Assembly: GCF_963921235.1 (NCBI RefSeq)
Contig: NC_086097.1
Coordinates: 155,684,001-155,748,000 of the forward strand
Direction of reading: 5' to 3'
From: Mobula hypostoma
Lineage: Eukaryota
Length of the DNA stretch: 64,000 nt
A model generated the notes under the pieces. That model had not been told where the DNA came from. It did not search any database and was given only the letters and a program-made list of their open reading frames with translations. Shown here one piece after another: positions 24,064 to 35,655 of the stretch. The translations under genes and the position numbers were made by a program. The first letter of the stretch is position 1. Each line of letters starts with the position of its first letter.

Positions 24064-26474
24064 ACACAGAACTATAGCTGTCTTTCTCTTTCAAGTGTCT
24101 GCTACGGATTTACACATTTAAAATTCATGACATTTTCTCACTAAATTTCCACAATCCATGCAGTTACTTTTCTGCATCAACAGATGTTATATTTACCCAG
24201 GGATAGGAGTGGAGTTGGTCCAACTGCTGATGCCCTGACAATGACAAGAATTCTTTGAACTGAGAGCTTCACTGTTTCATTGTTTCATCTTCTACATATG
24301 TTGCTAAGCATTTCCTGTATTTAATATTTATTTCAGACTTCCACCTTCTGATATACTTGTTTATATTTCATTATTTCACAGCCAGGTATGGAGCCTCTGA
24401 TGCCCAGGACTGCAGACAATTATAGACTTAGCCGGTTCCATCACAAACACAAATCGTCCCACAAACGTAATGCCGCAAAACAACAAATTTCACAAAATAT
24501 ATGTCAGTGAAAATAAACCTGATTCTGACTCTGATTTCAGATGCTTCTCATTACTTCCAGCCGATAGGTTTGTCCCAATTATAAGTGTTTATTTAAAAAC
24601 AAAACTGGGAAAAATAGACCATAATTTGGTCCTTCACTGTTACACTTGTAAGATTCTCCAGGCTTGTTTTTGTTCTTGTTTATGTGACCTAGGGACGTTT
24701 AATTCAATCCCGATACATGTAAAATTGTAACTGTTTCATTCTCCAGTACAGATACAGTCTTTACTATCATGAGGCGAAAAATGCTGTCACATCAAATCTA
24801 AATACCCATAGCACATAATTATCCATAAAACCACAGTGAAACAATGCTTCTGTTGTTCCCATGAGAATCAGCGACCTTTCATTACTCATTTACAGACAAA
24901 ATGCTTTGCAGCTCTGCTTCTTTTAATGCCGTCATTTCCGGATGAAGATCCCTAGAAGTTACAAGTCACCATCTGTTCAGTCGTTGTGTGAAGCTCATAA
25001 AACAAAATAAATATCAGGAACTGGATCAATCATCACCATCCTGGAGATGTACTCAAATGACCCTCATATTTCTGAGAGCAGGCAGGCAAGCAAGTGATTG
25101 TTTCTACTTCTCATTGGCAACTTGTTATCAGGAGAAGAGCACTGCATTTGATGTGAGGCGTTTAGGCAACTGAGCTATCATGGCATTAGGCTTTTTTTTA
25201 TATTAAATTGCTCTAAGTCAGACATTTCTCACATTTGTGTCAAAGTGAAGGATTTGTTCTGTCTTGGGTTTCATTCCCAGTGGAGCCAGGTGTCTTTCTC
25301 TTGTCAGGCATATTATTTGGAGATTAAGTACTTGAAGTATTTATGCACATTGCAGAATAGAGTATGGAATACACTGGCACTCCAAGTGGTTTCAATGTTT
25401 CATATCTTTCATAGGAAGGCTTGAAGCTTGCAGGAGAAAGAGGTATGTGGCATGTCAGGAGTTAGAGAATGGTTGTGTAGTAATTAGAATAGGAGGATAT
25501 TTTTACGCACGTTAAATCCTGGGGTTGGTTAAGTGAGCTAAAAGGCATGTTTGTTGTTGCATATTCTATTTAATTTCTGCATGTATCTGCATAATGCTAT
25601 GTAGAAAAAAGAAAAGCAATAAAGTCATAGAGATCTATGATTCTGCCTCGTCCTGTTGACCTGCACCTGGACCACAGTTCCATCCATGTACTTAACCAAA
25701 CTTGGTGATTCTATTTCAGGTACCCTCTCCTCTTTGGGTAGAAAGTTTCTGAGGAAATCAATACCAAAAGAATCAGAAATTGCTGTCCCAGAATACAGCA
25801 TAAGACATTTAGGGCCGAAATGAGGGCAAATGGCTTTACTTAGAGAATGGTGAATTTATTGTCATTAACTAATTCAGAAGATCTTAGGTAGAATTATAGA
25901 GAGAAAAAACATCAATTAGTGCAAGAAAATGGTTTACCAGCCTTTATAATATTGAATGGTAGAATAACTTCAAAAAGATGAATAGCCTATTTCTGGTCCT
26001 GGTTTTTATGTTTCTGTGTTTAACTTAAATAGGTTATACTTGTCACAGAGGCCATTTAATGCAAATTTACTTGACTAGCTCATGCGATGATGAGCTTTTC
26101 ACATAAGGAGATACTGTGTTATATATGCCAGTATTCTCTGGAGTTGAGAGATGCTAGCACTGACACTTACAAAATTCTTACAAGACAGGATGCAGGGAGG
26201 ATGTTCTCTTGACTAAGGAGACTAGAGATCACAGTGTCAGAATGATGGATAGGGTATTTTGTAAGATGATAAAAAATTCTTAACTCAGTTGGTGGGGAAG
26301 CTTTGGAATTTTCTACTCAACTCTGTCATGCAAAACAGAGTTTGACAGATGTTTGGATATTAAGGAAATAAATTTAGTCAGTGCAGTGGTACGGTGATTT
26401 GTGCAGCTGCCTCACAGAATCTCGGACCCATATAGGATCTTAACCTCAGATACTGTCCTTCCATGACATTGTGC

Positions 26475-28708
26475 TACAGAGTCATCCTATAAACTAAACC
26501 TGCTGAGAATGGATACTGTAAATGACCCCTTAGTGTAGGTGAGCAGTAAAACAATCCAAGACACATTGATAGACATATGAAAGGAAGTATATGTAAGCAT
26601 AGAGAGGCTTTGAGGCAAGAGAAGCAGAATAAATGGTGTAAAGGTAGTAAGGTAGAAGGGCTGAAATGTGTGTACCTCAATGCAAGAAGCATCAGGAACA
26701 AAGGTGATGAACTGAGAGCTTGGATACATACATGGAATTATGATGTAGTGGCCATTACAGAGACTTGGCTGGCACCAGGGCAGGAATGGATTCTCAATAT
26801 TCCTGGTAGCAGCAGAGATACAGAGGAGCAGATTGGGAGGCAGATTTTGGAAAGGTGCAAAATTAACAAGGTTGTTATCATGGGTGACTTTAACTTCCCT
26901 AATATTGATTGGCCCTGATTAGTTCCAAGGGTTTAGATGGGGCAGAGTTTGTTAAGTGTGTCCAGGACGGATTCCTGTCACAGTATGTGGACAGGCCGAC
27001 TAGGGGGAATGCCATACTAGATCTAGTACTGAGTAATGAACTGGGTCAGGTCACAGATCTCTCAGTGAGTGAGCATCTGGGGGACAGTGACCACCGCTCC
27101 CTGGCCTTTAGCATTATCATGGAAAAGGATAGAATCAGAGAGGACAGGAAAATTTTTAATTGGGGAAGGGCAAATTATGAGGCTATAAGGCTAGAACTGG
27201 TGGGTGTGAATTGGGATGATGTTTTTGCAGGGAAATGTACTATGGACATGTGGTTGATGTTTAGAGATCTCTTGCAGGATGTTAGGGATCAATTTGTCCT
27301 GGTGAGGAAGATAAACAATGGCAGGGTGAAGGAACCATGAATGACAAGTGAGGTGGAAAATCTAGTCAGGAGGAAGAAGGCAGCATACATAAGGTTTAGG
27401 AAGCAAGGATCAGATGGGTCTATTGAGGAATATAGCGAAGCAAGAAAGGAGCTTAAGAAGGGGCTGAGAAGAGCAAGAAGGGGGCATGAGAAGGCCCTGG
27501 CTAGTAGGATAAAGGAAAACCCCAAGGCATTCTTCAATTATGTGAGGAACAAAAGGATGACAGGAGTGAAGGTAGAACCGATTAGAGATAAAGGTGGGAA
27601 GATGTGCCTGGAGGCTGGATCCAGGGAATTTTGGCCAGGTGGATTCAGAATTGGCTTGCCTGCAGAAGGCAGAGGGTCATGGTGGAGGGAGTACATTCAG
27701 AGTGGAGGATTGTGACTAGTGGTGTTCCACAAGGATCTGTTCTGGGACCTCTACTTTTCGTGATTTTTATTAACAACCTGGATGTGGGAGTAGAAGGGTG
27801 GGTTGGCAAGTTTGCAGAGGACACAAAGGTTGGTAGTGTTGTAGATAGTGTAGAGGATTGTCAAAGATTGCAGAGAGACATTGATAGGATGCAGAAGTGG
27901 GCTGAGAAGTGGCAGATGGAGTTCAACCTGGAGAAGTGTAAGGTGGTACACTTTGGAAGGACAAACTCCAAGGCAGAGTGCAAAGTAAATGGCAGGATAC
28001 TTGGTAGTGTGGAGGAGCAGAGGGATCTCGGGGTGCATGTCCACAGATCCCTGAAAGTTGCCTCACAGGTGGACGGGGTAATTAAGTAAGCTTATGGGGT
28101 GTTAGCTTTCATAAGTCGAGGGATAGAGTTTAAGAGTCGTGATGTAATGATGCAGCTCTATAAAACTCTGGTTAGGCCACACTTGGAGTACTGTGTCCAG
28201 TTCTGGTCGCCTCACTATAGGAAGGATGTGGAAGCATTGGAAAGGGTACAGCGGAGATTTACCAGGATGCTGCCTGGTTTAGAAAGTATGCATTATGATC
28301 AGAGATTAAGGGAGCTAGGGCTTTACTCTTTGGAAAGAAGGAGGATGAGAGGAGACATGATAGAGGTGTACAAGATAATAAGAGGAATAGATAAAGTGGA
28401 TAGCCAGCACCACTTCCCCAGGGCACCACTGCTCAATACAAGAGGACATGGCTTTAAGGTAAGGGGTGGGAAGTTCAAGGGGGATATTAGAGGAGGGTTT
28501 TTTACACAGAGAGTGGTTGATGCGTGGAATGCACTGCCTGAGTCAGTGGTGAAGGCAGATACATTAGTGAAGTTTAAGAGACTACTAGACAGGTATATGG
28601 AGGAATTTAAGGTGGGGGGTTATATGGGAGGTAGGCTTTGAGGGTCAACACAACATTGTGGGCCAAAGGGCCTGTACTGTGCTGTACTATTCTATGTTCT
28701 ATGTTCTA
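26475..28708 (+). mobile_element. Young CR1 LINE with ORF2 start and two large internal deletions
   Basis: APE endonuclease [78 protein letters not shown]; (ttctatg)n tail. The sequence skips ahead at ~26805 and ~27617. Confidence 0.92.
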
Positions 28709-28969
28709 TATAGAATATTAAGGAAAGGGGGAATGGGGTTGATGTTTGGAGTCAGCTGAACAAACTGTATTTTACTAGGCAAGTAAGCAATATGGGGTTA
28801 GTGCAGGAAAATGGTTAAGATGTAGAAGATCAGACATGACCTTAATAACTGGTGGAGCAGGCTTGGAGAACTGGATGGACTACTCCTACTCTCAATCCTT
28901 CTGTTCTTGATCTCATTTTGCATGGTCCACTGTATTCTATGTGCAGTGTAAGCCATATAAATGCTGATG

Positions 28970-29520
28970 GGTCTTTGGAATTGGCATTGGTTCATTATTG
29001 TCATTTATACTAAGTATTGTGAAAAGCTTATCTTGCATATGGTTCATACACATTGTATTGAGGTAGACAAGGTAAAATACTAACAGAATGTAGAATAAAG
29101 TGTAACAATTACACAGAAAGTGCAGTGCAGGTAGACAATAATGTGCAAGATTATGCTGAGGTAGATAGTGTGCTCAAGAGTCCATCTTCTCATAGTAGGA
29201 GATCACTCTGTACTCACATAATAGGAGGGTCCTTGAGCCTGGTTGTATGAGCCTTCAAGCTTTTATATCTTCTACCTGATGGGAGGGAGGAAAATAGAAA
29301 ATGTGTGAGATGGGTAAGGGTTCTTGATTATGCTGGATGCTTTCCTGAGGAAACAGGAAGTATAGACAGATTCTGTGGAGAGAAGACTGGTTTCTGTGAT
29401 GTGCCAAACTGCGTCCACAACTCCCTGCAGTTACTTGTATTCTTGTGCCATATAGTTGCTGTACCAAGCTGTGATGCATCCAGATAGGATGCTTACTATG
29501 GTGCATTGATACAACTTGGT
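28970..29520 (-). mobile_element. Rex1/Babar-like 3' fragment (old)
   Basis: catagttgctgtaccaagctgtgatgcatcc is the reverse complement of GCITAWYSNY; 3'UTR similar to the other copies. Confidence 0.65.
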
Positions 29521-30011
29521 AAAGGTCCATGGACCATTTAATAGTTGTTATGGTAACAGTTGTTATTCTTCCTACAGATTAGCTTCCTGTCATAATGGAC
29601 AGATATTATTTTTCTTAGTTTTGTATCTGAGCCAAGGATGGTGGAACGTATTCACAGTCAACATTCTGAGACATGATAATGCATCAATAGCTTTGGTGTA
29701 CACATCAGTGTTTGGATTGCAAATGGTTATAACAACAATACTATTTAGAAATTATGTAAGTTTATTGTCTTTTAAAAATATTACTAATATTACTAATTTT
29801 GAACAGATTTTCTAAAATACTACACTTATTTTAATCTGCCTCTGTTATACTTTTGTTAATAGTACAACAAATAGATATAAATAAGCAACAGGACTCAACC
29901 TTTTTCCTAAAAGAAGTCCATAATTGTTGTTACTAATTCATTAATCAATGATAATTTCTGTTTAAAATTACCATTGCCCGTGAGAGAATTTTTTAGAAGA
30001 TTATCACCAGT

Positions 30012-30263
30012 TTGGGTGGCCAGCTGATGGCGCAGTGAGATCAGCGCTGGACTCCAGAGCAAAGGCTCCCGAGTTTGAATCCGGGTCGGGCCACCCCCGA
30101 GCACGCTTTCTATCCGTGCTGGGTTGAACGTCGAGCTAGCCACTCGACCTCGTAAAAAATACAAGGGTCACGTCAGGAACGATCATAACATGACCCGGTT
30201 AATCCTAACACCACTTGCCAGACAAGAATGGCTGAATGTCAGGTACGACATGCTTAAAAAAAA
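30012..30263 (+). mobile_element. tRNA-derived SINE
   Basis: A-box TGGCGCAGTGAG (~30028), B-box GAGTTTGAATCC (~30071), core gggttgaacgtcgagctagccactcgacctcgtaaaaa, A-tail; related antisense copy at ~39725-39920. Confidence 0.7.
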
Positions 30264-30285
30264 CAGCTTGGGCATACACTCTCAA

Positions 30286-30345
30286 AAAGGTTTGCCACTC
30301 CAGGACTAGAACACGAAAGGTTTGCCACTCCAGGACTTGAACATG
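30286..30345. repeat. 30-bp tandem duplication (2 copies)
   Basis: aaaggtttgccactccaggactagaacacg / aaaggtttgccactccaggacttgaacatg. Confidence 0.9.
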
Positions 30346-30884
30346 GAACATTATAGCACAGGACAGGCCCTTTGCTCCACAATGTCTATGCCGTACACAA
30401 TCCCAAATTAAACTAAATCTCTTCTGCTTGCACAAATCCCATATTCCTCCACTCCTTGCATATTTACATATCTATCTAAAAGTCTCTTAACTATCATTTC
30501 ATATCTGCTTCCCCCATAACTCCTGGCAGACCATTCCAGACAGTTACCACCCTTTTTGTGAAAGAACTTGTGCTGCACAGCTCCTATAACCTGTCTTCCT
30601 CTCACCTTAGGTGAATGTCCTCTGTCATCTAACATTTCTACTCTGGGGAAAGAAGGTTCTACCTATTTGCACTGTCAATGGCTTTCATAGTTTTAGGAAC
30701 TTTTGTCAGATCTCCCCTCAGCCTCAATGCTTCAGAGAAAACAACCTTCTATTCCAGGCAGCAACTATATAAACCTCTTCTGTACCCTTTCCAAAGCCTC
30801 GATAATATTCCTATAATGAAGTGAACAGAAATGCACACTGTGCTCAAAGTATGGCCTAACCAACATTTGATATTAGCTGTATCA
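30340..30884 (-). mobile_element. CR1 3' fragment (resumes briefly at 31534-31560)
   Basis: Minus-strand DRGHSPKVRG, KRLLDRYVN; host sequence agctgtatca|tgacgtcctg spans the insertion. Confidence 0.7.
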
Positions 30885-31533
30885 GCTAAGAGGAGGGAGG
30901 AGAAGATGGCTGCATGATGCAGCGCGTGTAGCCTCTCTGGTGAAATGATATTGTATTTGTTAAATAGGGGCCGTGCACAATTCTGATTTGATGGAGACAG
31001 CAGTGAAAGCACAGAGGAAAATCTGGAGTAACTTCTGAAATGCCCGGTTCGCTGCCGCTGCTACTGTGCGATCGAGAATCTCTGGAGGGAAGGCCCCAAA
31101 ATCCTCGGCTTCGCCTGCTGCTGGCGACCGGGGCTGGGATCAAAGCATTCGGCGGAGATGGTGCTCGGTGCTCGGTGTCGGAGGGCTGGTTGGAGCTCGA
31201 AGTCTTCGGACGACTCAGAGTCGGACTGTGGTCGGGTATGGCAGGGAGAGTTTTCTTCCTTCTCCTGTCTGCGTGAGATGTGGGACTTTCGAGAGACTTT
31301 GAACTTTTTACCGTGCTCATGGCCTGTTCTTCATCAAGTTATGGTATTGTTGCACTGTTGTAGCTATATGTTACAATTATGTAGTTTTGTTAGTTTTTCA
31401 GTCTTGGTCTGTCCTGTGTTCTTGTGATATCACACCGGAGGAATATTGCATCCCTTCTTAATGCATGCATTACTAAATGACAATAAAAGAGGACTGCGTG
31501 TCCTCATAATCTAATCTAATCTAATCTAATCTA
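30885..31533 (+). mobile_element. Young non-autonomous retroelement with (CTAAT)n tail
   Basis: 5' AAGATGGC motif; CpG-rich body; gacaataaaag then about 5 x ctaat; atca duplicated at 30881-30884 and 31534-31537. Confidence 0.7.
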
Positions 31534-32249
31534 ATCATGACGTCCTGAAATTTACACTCAATGTCTCATCTTCCATCTGGGCATGTTGCAACCTGCAAGA
31601 TTCAAGATCAAATTTTCCAACTTTAAATAACCTGGTCTTTATTTCTGCCTGATCCAGAGCTAGTCATTTCTGTCTGCCATTGTCTTAGCCCCAGCTTTTT
31701 CATTTTTGTGTAGTCTGCTGAACATGTGCTAGTAAGACCTTACTAGTAAAACAAAGCACGAAGAAGCTTAATCGGTTTTAACTGCTCCTTAACTACTATA
31801 TTAGGTCACCAAGTATTACTTTATCAGAAATAATCTTTTTGTTCTCTCGTGTCCTTTTCTATCTAAAACTTATATGATTTCTCTTTTTTCCAATTTTGAT
31901 CTGGACATGAACACAGTAATTGTTTTTCTTTCTACAGAAGCTGTCTGACATTCTGAGATTTTCCAGCATGGTGTGTTTTGTTTTAATTCAGATTCTAGCA
32001 TCTGCAGCATTTTTTTAAATTTTCACACTTCTTGCACCATATGGCTTATACTATTATTTACCATCCCACGCTATTTCACAATCACATCCACTCCTCTTCA
32101 TAATGCAGTTGATCTCCTGCAGCAAGTAAATAGTGAAAGACAGCATGGCTTCATATAGAACTGGGTCATTAATACTGCTTTTTGTAATTATTATTTGCTC
32201 GCAGGATATGGACAACATTGTGAAGGCCGGCAGTTGCTCTTTAACTTTA

Positions 32250-32385
32250 GACACAAGAGATTCAGTAGATGCTGGAAATATTGAGCAACGCACACAAAAT
32301 GCTGGAGGAACTCAGCAAGTTAGGCAGTATCCATGGAAGTAAATAAACAGTCGATGTTTCAGCCCTAGACCCTTCATAGGACTCA
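32250..32385 (-). mobile_element. Penelope pLTR tail fragment with decayed hammerhead motif
   Basis: acacaagagattc..gatgctggaaat..acacaaaatgctggaggaactcagc; minus strand gagtc-ct(-)atga-agggtctagggct-gaaacatc-gactg. Confidence 0.65.
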
Positions 32386-32677
32386 ACCCTAATTGTCTCT
32401 GAACAAAACCAATAGGACAAGGAGTCATAAATTGGGAGCTAGACTGAGTAAGGATGACCAATGGGTTATTCTGACAGCTCGGTTGTTTCAAGGTTTCCAG
32501 TGCTGATACTCCAGCACTGTTTTTATTCCAAATTTATTTAATTTCATGAATTTATCTTCAAACCATTGTGGGGTTAAAATGGGTATCTCTCAATCACAAC
32601 TCCAGGAACATAACAATTTTGCAATTCTATTTGACTCCTATCTGCTCTAGGTCCTAGGTCTGCTCATTGTTGTCAGT

Positions 32678-32970
32678 GCCATGGTAACATGACCCTAATA
32701 TAGCTCGGGGCATACTGGAGTTCAGAGTTCAATTCTGATGTCCTCCTGTAACGAGTCTATACGTCCTTCCTGTGAAATCTGTGAGTTTTTCCCCGGTGCT
32801 CTGGTTTCCTCCGACAGTCCAAAGATGAACTAGGTAGGTTAATTGGTCATTGTAAATTGTCCCATGATTATGTTAGGATTAATCAGGTTTGTCGGGGGTT
32901 GCTGGGCGGTGTGGCTTGAAGAGATGGAATGGCCTACTCCACACTGTATCACTAAACAAATAAATAAATA
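32678..32970 (+). mobile_element. V-SINE
   Basis: B-box-like gagttcaattc; V-domain ccggtgctctggtttcctccgacagtccaaaga; (aaat)n tail. Confidence 0.7.
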
Positions 32971-33236
32971 GAACAGTAGCATTACATGCAGACTTCTTAA
33001 AGAGCACAGCTTACAGTAACATTTATCAACAACACAAGAGTTTCTGCAGATGCTGGAAATCCGCAGTAAATCATACAAAATGCTGGAGGGACTTAGCAGA
33101 TCAGGCAGCATTCATAGAAAGGAATAAGCAGTTGATGTTTCAAATTGACACCCTTCCTCAGGCCAGAAAAGAAAGGGGGAAGAAGCCAGAATCAGGAGGT
33201 GGGGGGAGGGGAGGAGAAGAAATACAAACTAGAAGG

Positions 33237-33948
33237 TATAGTGAGAGGGACAGAGGGAGAAAAAGGAGAGAGAGAAAAAGAATGTGTGTATATAAATAAC
33301 GGATGGGGTACAAGGGGGAGGTGGGGCATTAGCAGAGGTTTGAGAAGTCAATGAAAGCAGTATCTCCCAGTGCGTTTCGCTGAACCCCTACGCTCTGTCC
33401 GCCAGAGAAAGCAGGATCTCCCAGTGGCCACACATTTTAATTCCACGTCCTATTCCCATTCTGATATGTCTATCCACGGCCTCCTCTACTGTAAAGATGA
33501 AGCCACACTCAGGTTGGAGGAACAACACCTTATATTCCGTCTGGGTAGCCTCCAACCTGATGAAATGAACATCGACTTCTCAAACTTCTGCTAATGCCCC
33601 ACCTCCCCCTTGTACCTCATCCATTATTTATATACACGCATTCTTTTTCTCCCTCTGTCCCTCTCACTATACCCCTTGCCCATCCTCTGGGGTTCCCCCC
33701 CTCCCCCTTGTCTTTCTCCCTGGGCCTCCCATCCTATGATCCTCTCATATCCCTTTTGCCAATCACCTGTCCAGCTCTTGGCTCCATCCCTCCCCCTCCT
33801 GTCTTCTCCTATCATTTTGGATCTCCCCCTCCCCCTCCCACTTTCAAATCTCTTACTCACTCTTCCTTCAGTTAGTCCTGACGAAGGGTCTCGGCCAGAA
33901 ATGTGACTGTACCTCTTCCCAGAGATGCTGCCTGGCCTGCTGCATTCC
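33237..33948 (+). mobile_element. Young Penelope copy with inverted 5' segment (GIY-YIG end + pLTR)
   Basis: ORF 33370-33594 RFAE.LRSVRQRKQDLPVATHFN...LEEQHLIFRLGSLQP; 33237-33352 is the reverse complement of ~33570-33671. Confidence 0.85.
33873..33909 (+). ncRNA. Minimal hammerhead ribozyme motif (mutated) in Penelope pLTR
   Basis: tagtc-CTGACGA-agggtctcggcca-GAAA-tgt-gactg; stem I tagtc/gactg. Confidence 0.55.
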
Positions 33949-35655
33949 CCAGGAATCTGATAAGAGAGGGGAGTAGACCATGAGAGAAAGGGCAAGAAGG
34001 GCACAGGAGGAGCTGGTAGGCTGGTGAGAAGAGAAGAGGTACAAGGGGAAGCAGAGTGGGGGACGGAAGAAGAGGGAAGGGGGAGGGAAAATGTTAGAAA
34101 AGTCAATGTTCATGCTATCAGGTTGGAGGCTGCCTAGATGAAACATGAGAAGTGGCTCCTCCAACCGGAGAGTGACCTCATCATGGCACAGGCTACCAGG
34201 GAATCTTGCTTGCTGCAAATGGAGTGAAGGTGCTCAACAAAGCGGATCCCCAATCTACATCAGGTCTAACCAATGAAGAAGAGGCCACATCAGAAGCACT
34301 GGATACGTAGACAACACCAACAGATTTTTAGCTGAAATGTTACCTCACCTGGACGGACTGTTTAGTGGGACTGAATGGAGGAGGGTGGGCAGGTGGAGCA
34401 CTTCTTTCATTTTTCAGGGTTAACTGCCAGGAGGGAGATTAGTGGGGTTGGATAAATGGACAAGGGAATCAAGGAGAAGCAAATCCTGCCGAAAGCAGAA
34501 AGTGGGGGCAGGAGTGGGGGGTGAGGTAAGGTCTATTTGGTGCTGGGATCCTTAAATATGGGAAAAGTTGTAGAGAATGATGTGCCAGAAGCAGAGGCTC
34601 ATGGGGTGATAGGTAAGGGCAAGAGGAACTCTATGCTTGTTGATGTGGTGGGAAGATGGGGTGAGGGCAGATAGCCAGGAAATGAAGGAGTTGCAGGTGA
34701 GGGCAGCATCAATGGTGGAGGAAGGGAAACCTTGCTCTTTGAAGGAGGATGATATCTCTGATATCCTGGAAAGGAAAACCTTATCCTAGGAAGAGGTGTA
34801 GCAGAGATGAAGAAACTGAAAAAAGGGAATGGCAATTTTACAGGACACAGAGTGGGAAGAAGTATAGTTATATATCTGTGTGAGTCGGTAGGTTTAGAAA
34901 AGATATTAATAGACAGTTTGTCCCCAGATATGGAAACTGATGGGTTGAGAAAAAGGAGTGGGGTGTCAGAAGTGGGCCAAGTGAATTTAAAGGGAGGGTG
35001 AAAGTTGGAGGCAAAGTTAATGAAATTGACAAGCTCGGCATGGGAGCATGAAGCAGCACAAATACAGTCGTTAATATAGCACAGAAAGAGTTGGGGACTA
35101 TTATCATCAAATGTTGAATAATTTCAGAGTACATAATTTAAGTCCTTTACCAAGAGCACATCTTGAGCCATGGGCAAGCTAAAAAGGGATTTACAGGACA
35201 AGACTTGTTTCTATTTCAGCATGTACTTTTCTGCACTTCGAGTATGCAAGGAGACAGGAATCCCATAGATTCAACTTCTTGGCCTTGTTATTGTTTTACA
35301 TTTTCACTAATCTCCTCTCAATTGTGTTGCTCATTTGCCATTTGGACCCTAATTTCAGTGTTATTTTCAGATGGCTCAGCTGAACAATGTAAACAGGCTT
35401 GTTTGAAACAAGAACGCAACCAAGTTTACTTTCCATTGTTTTGCATTTTTGATAAGTAAGATAATGAAACAGTGGAATCCAAATGTTCAGTTCATTGGAG
35501 ACACCATAAGACCTAGGAGCAGAATTAGGACATTTGGACCATTGAGTCCTCTCCATTATTCTATCATAACTGATTTATTATCCCTCTCAACCCCATTCTC
35601 TTGCCTTCTCCCCATAAGCTTTGACATACTGATAGGTCAAGAACCTATCAATCTC

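Larger units (their letters stand above)
33028..35090 (-). mobile_element. Older Penelope-like element (RT to pLTR) containing a younger copy
   Basis: Minus-strand DEVTLRLEE..L.FHLGSLQPDSMNIDFSNI; RT-region remnants at 34900-35090; pLTR tail at 33028-33230. Confidence 0.75.

Noticed and set aside
30012..30090. tRNA gene
   Set aside because: A/B boxes are present but there is no convincing cloverleaf; it continues into a SINE core that has a second copy at ~39800.
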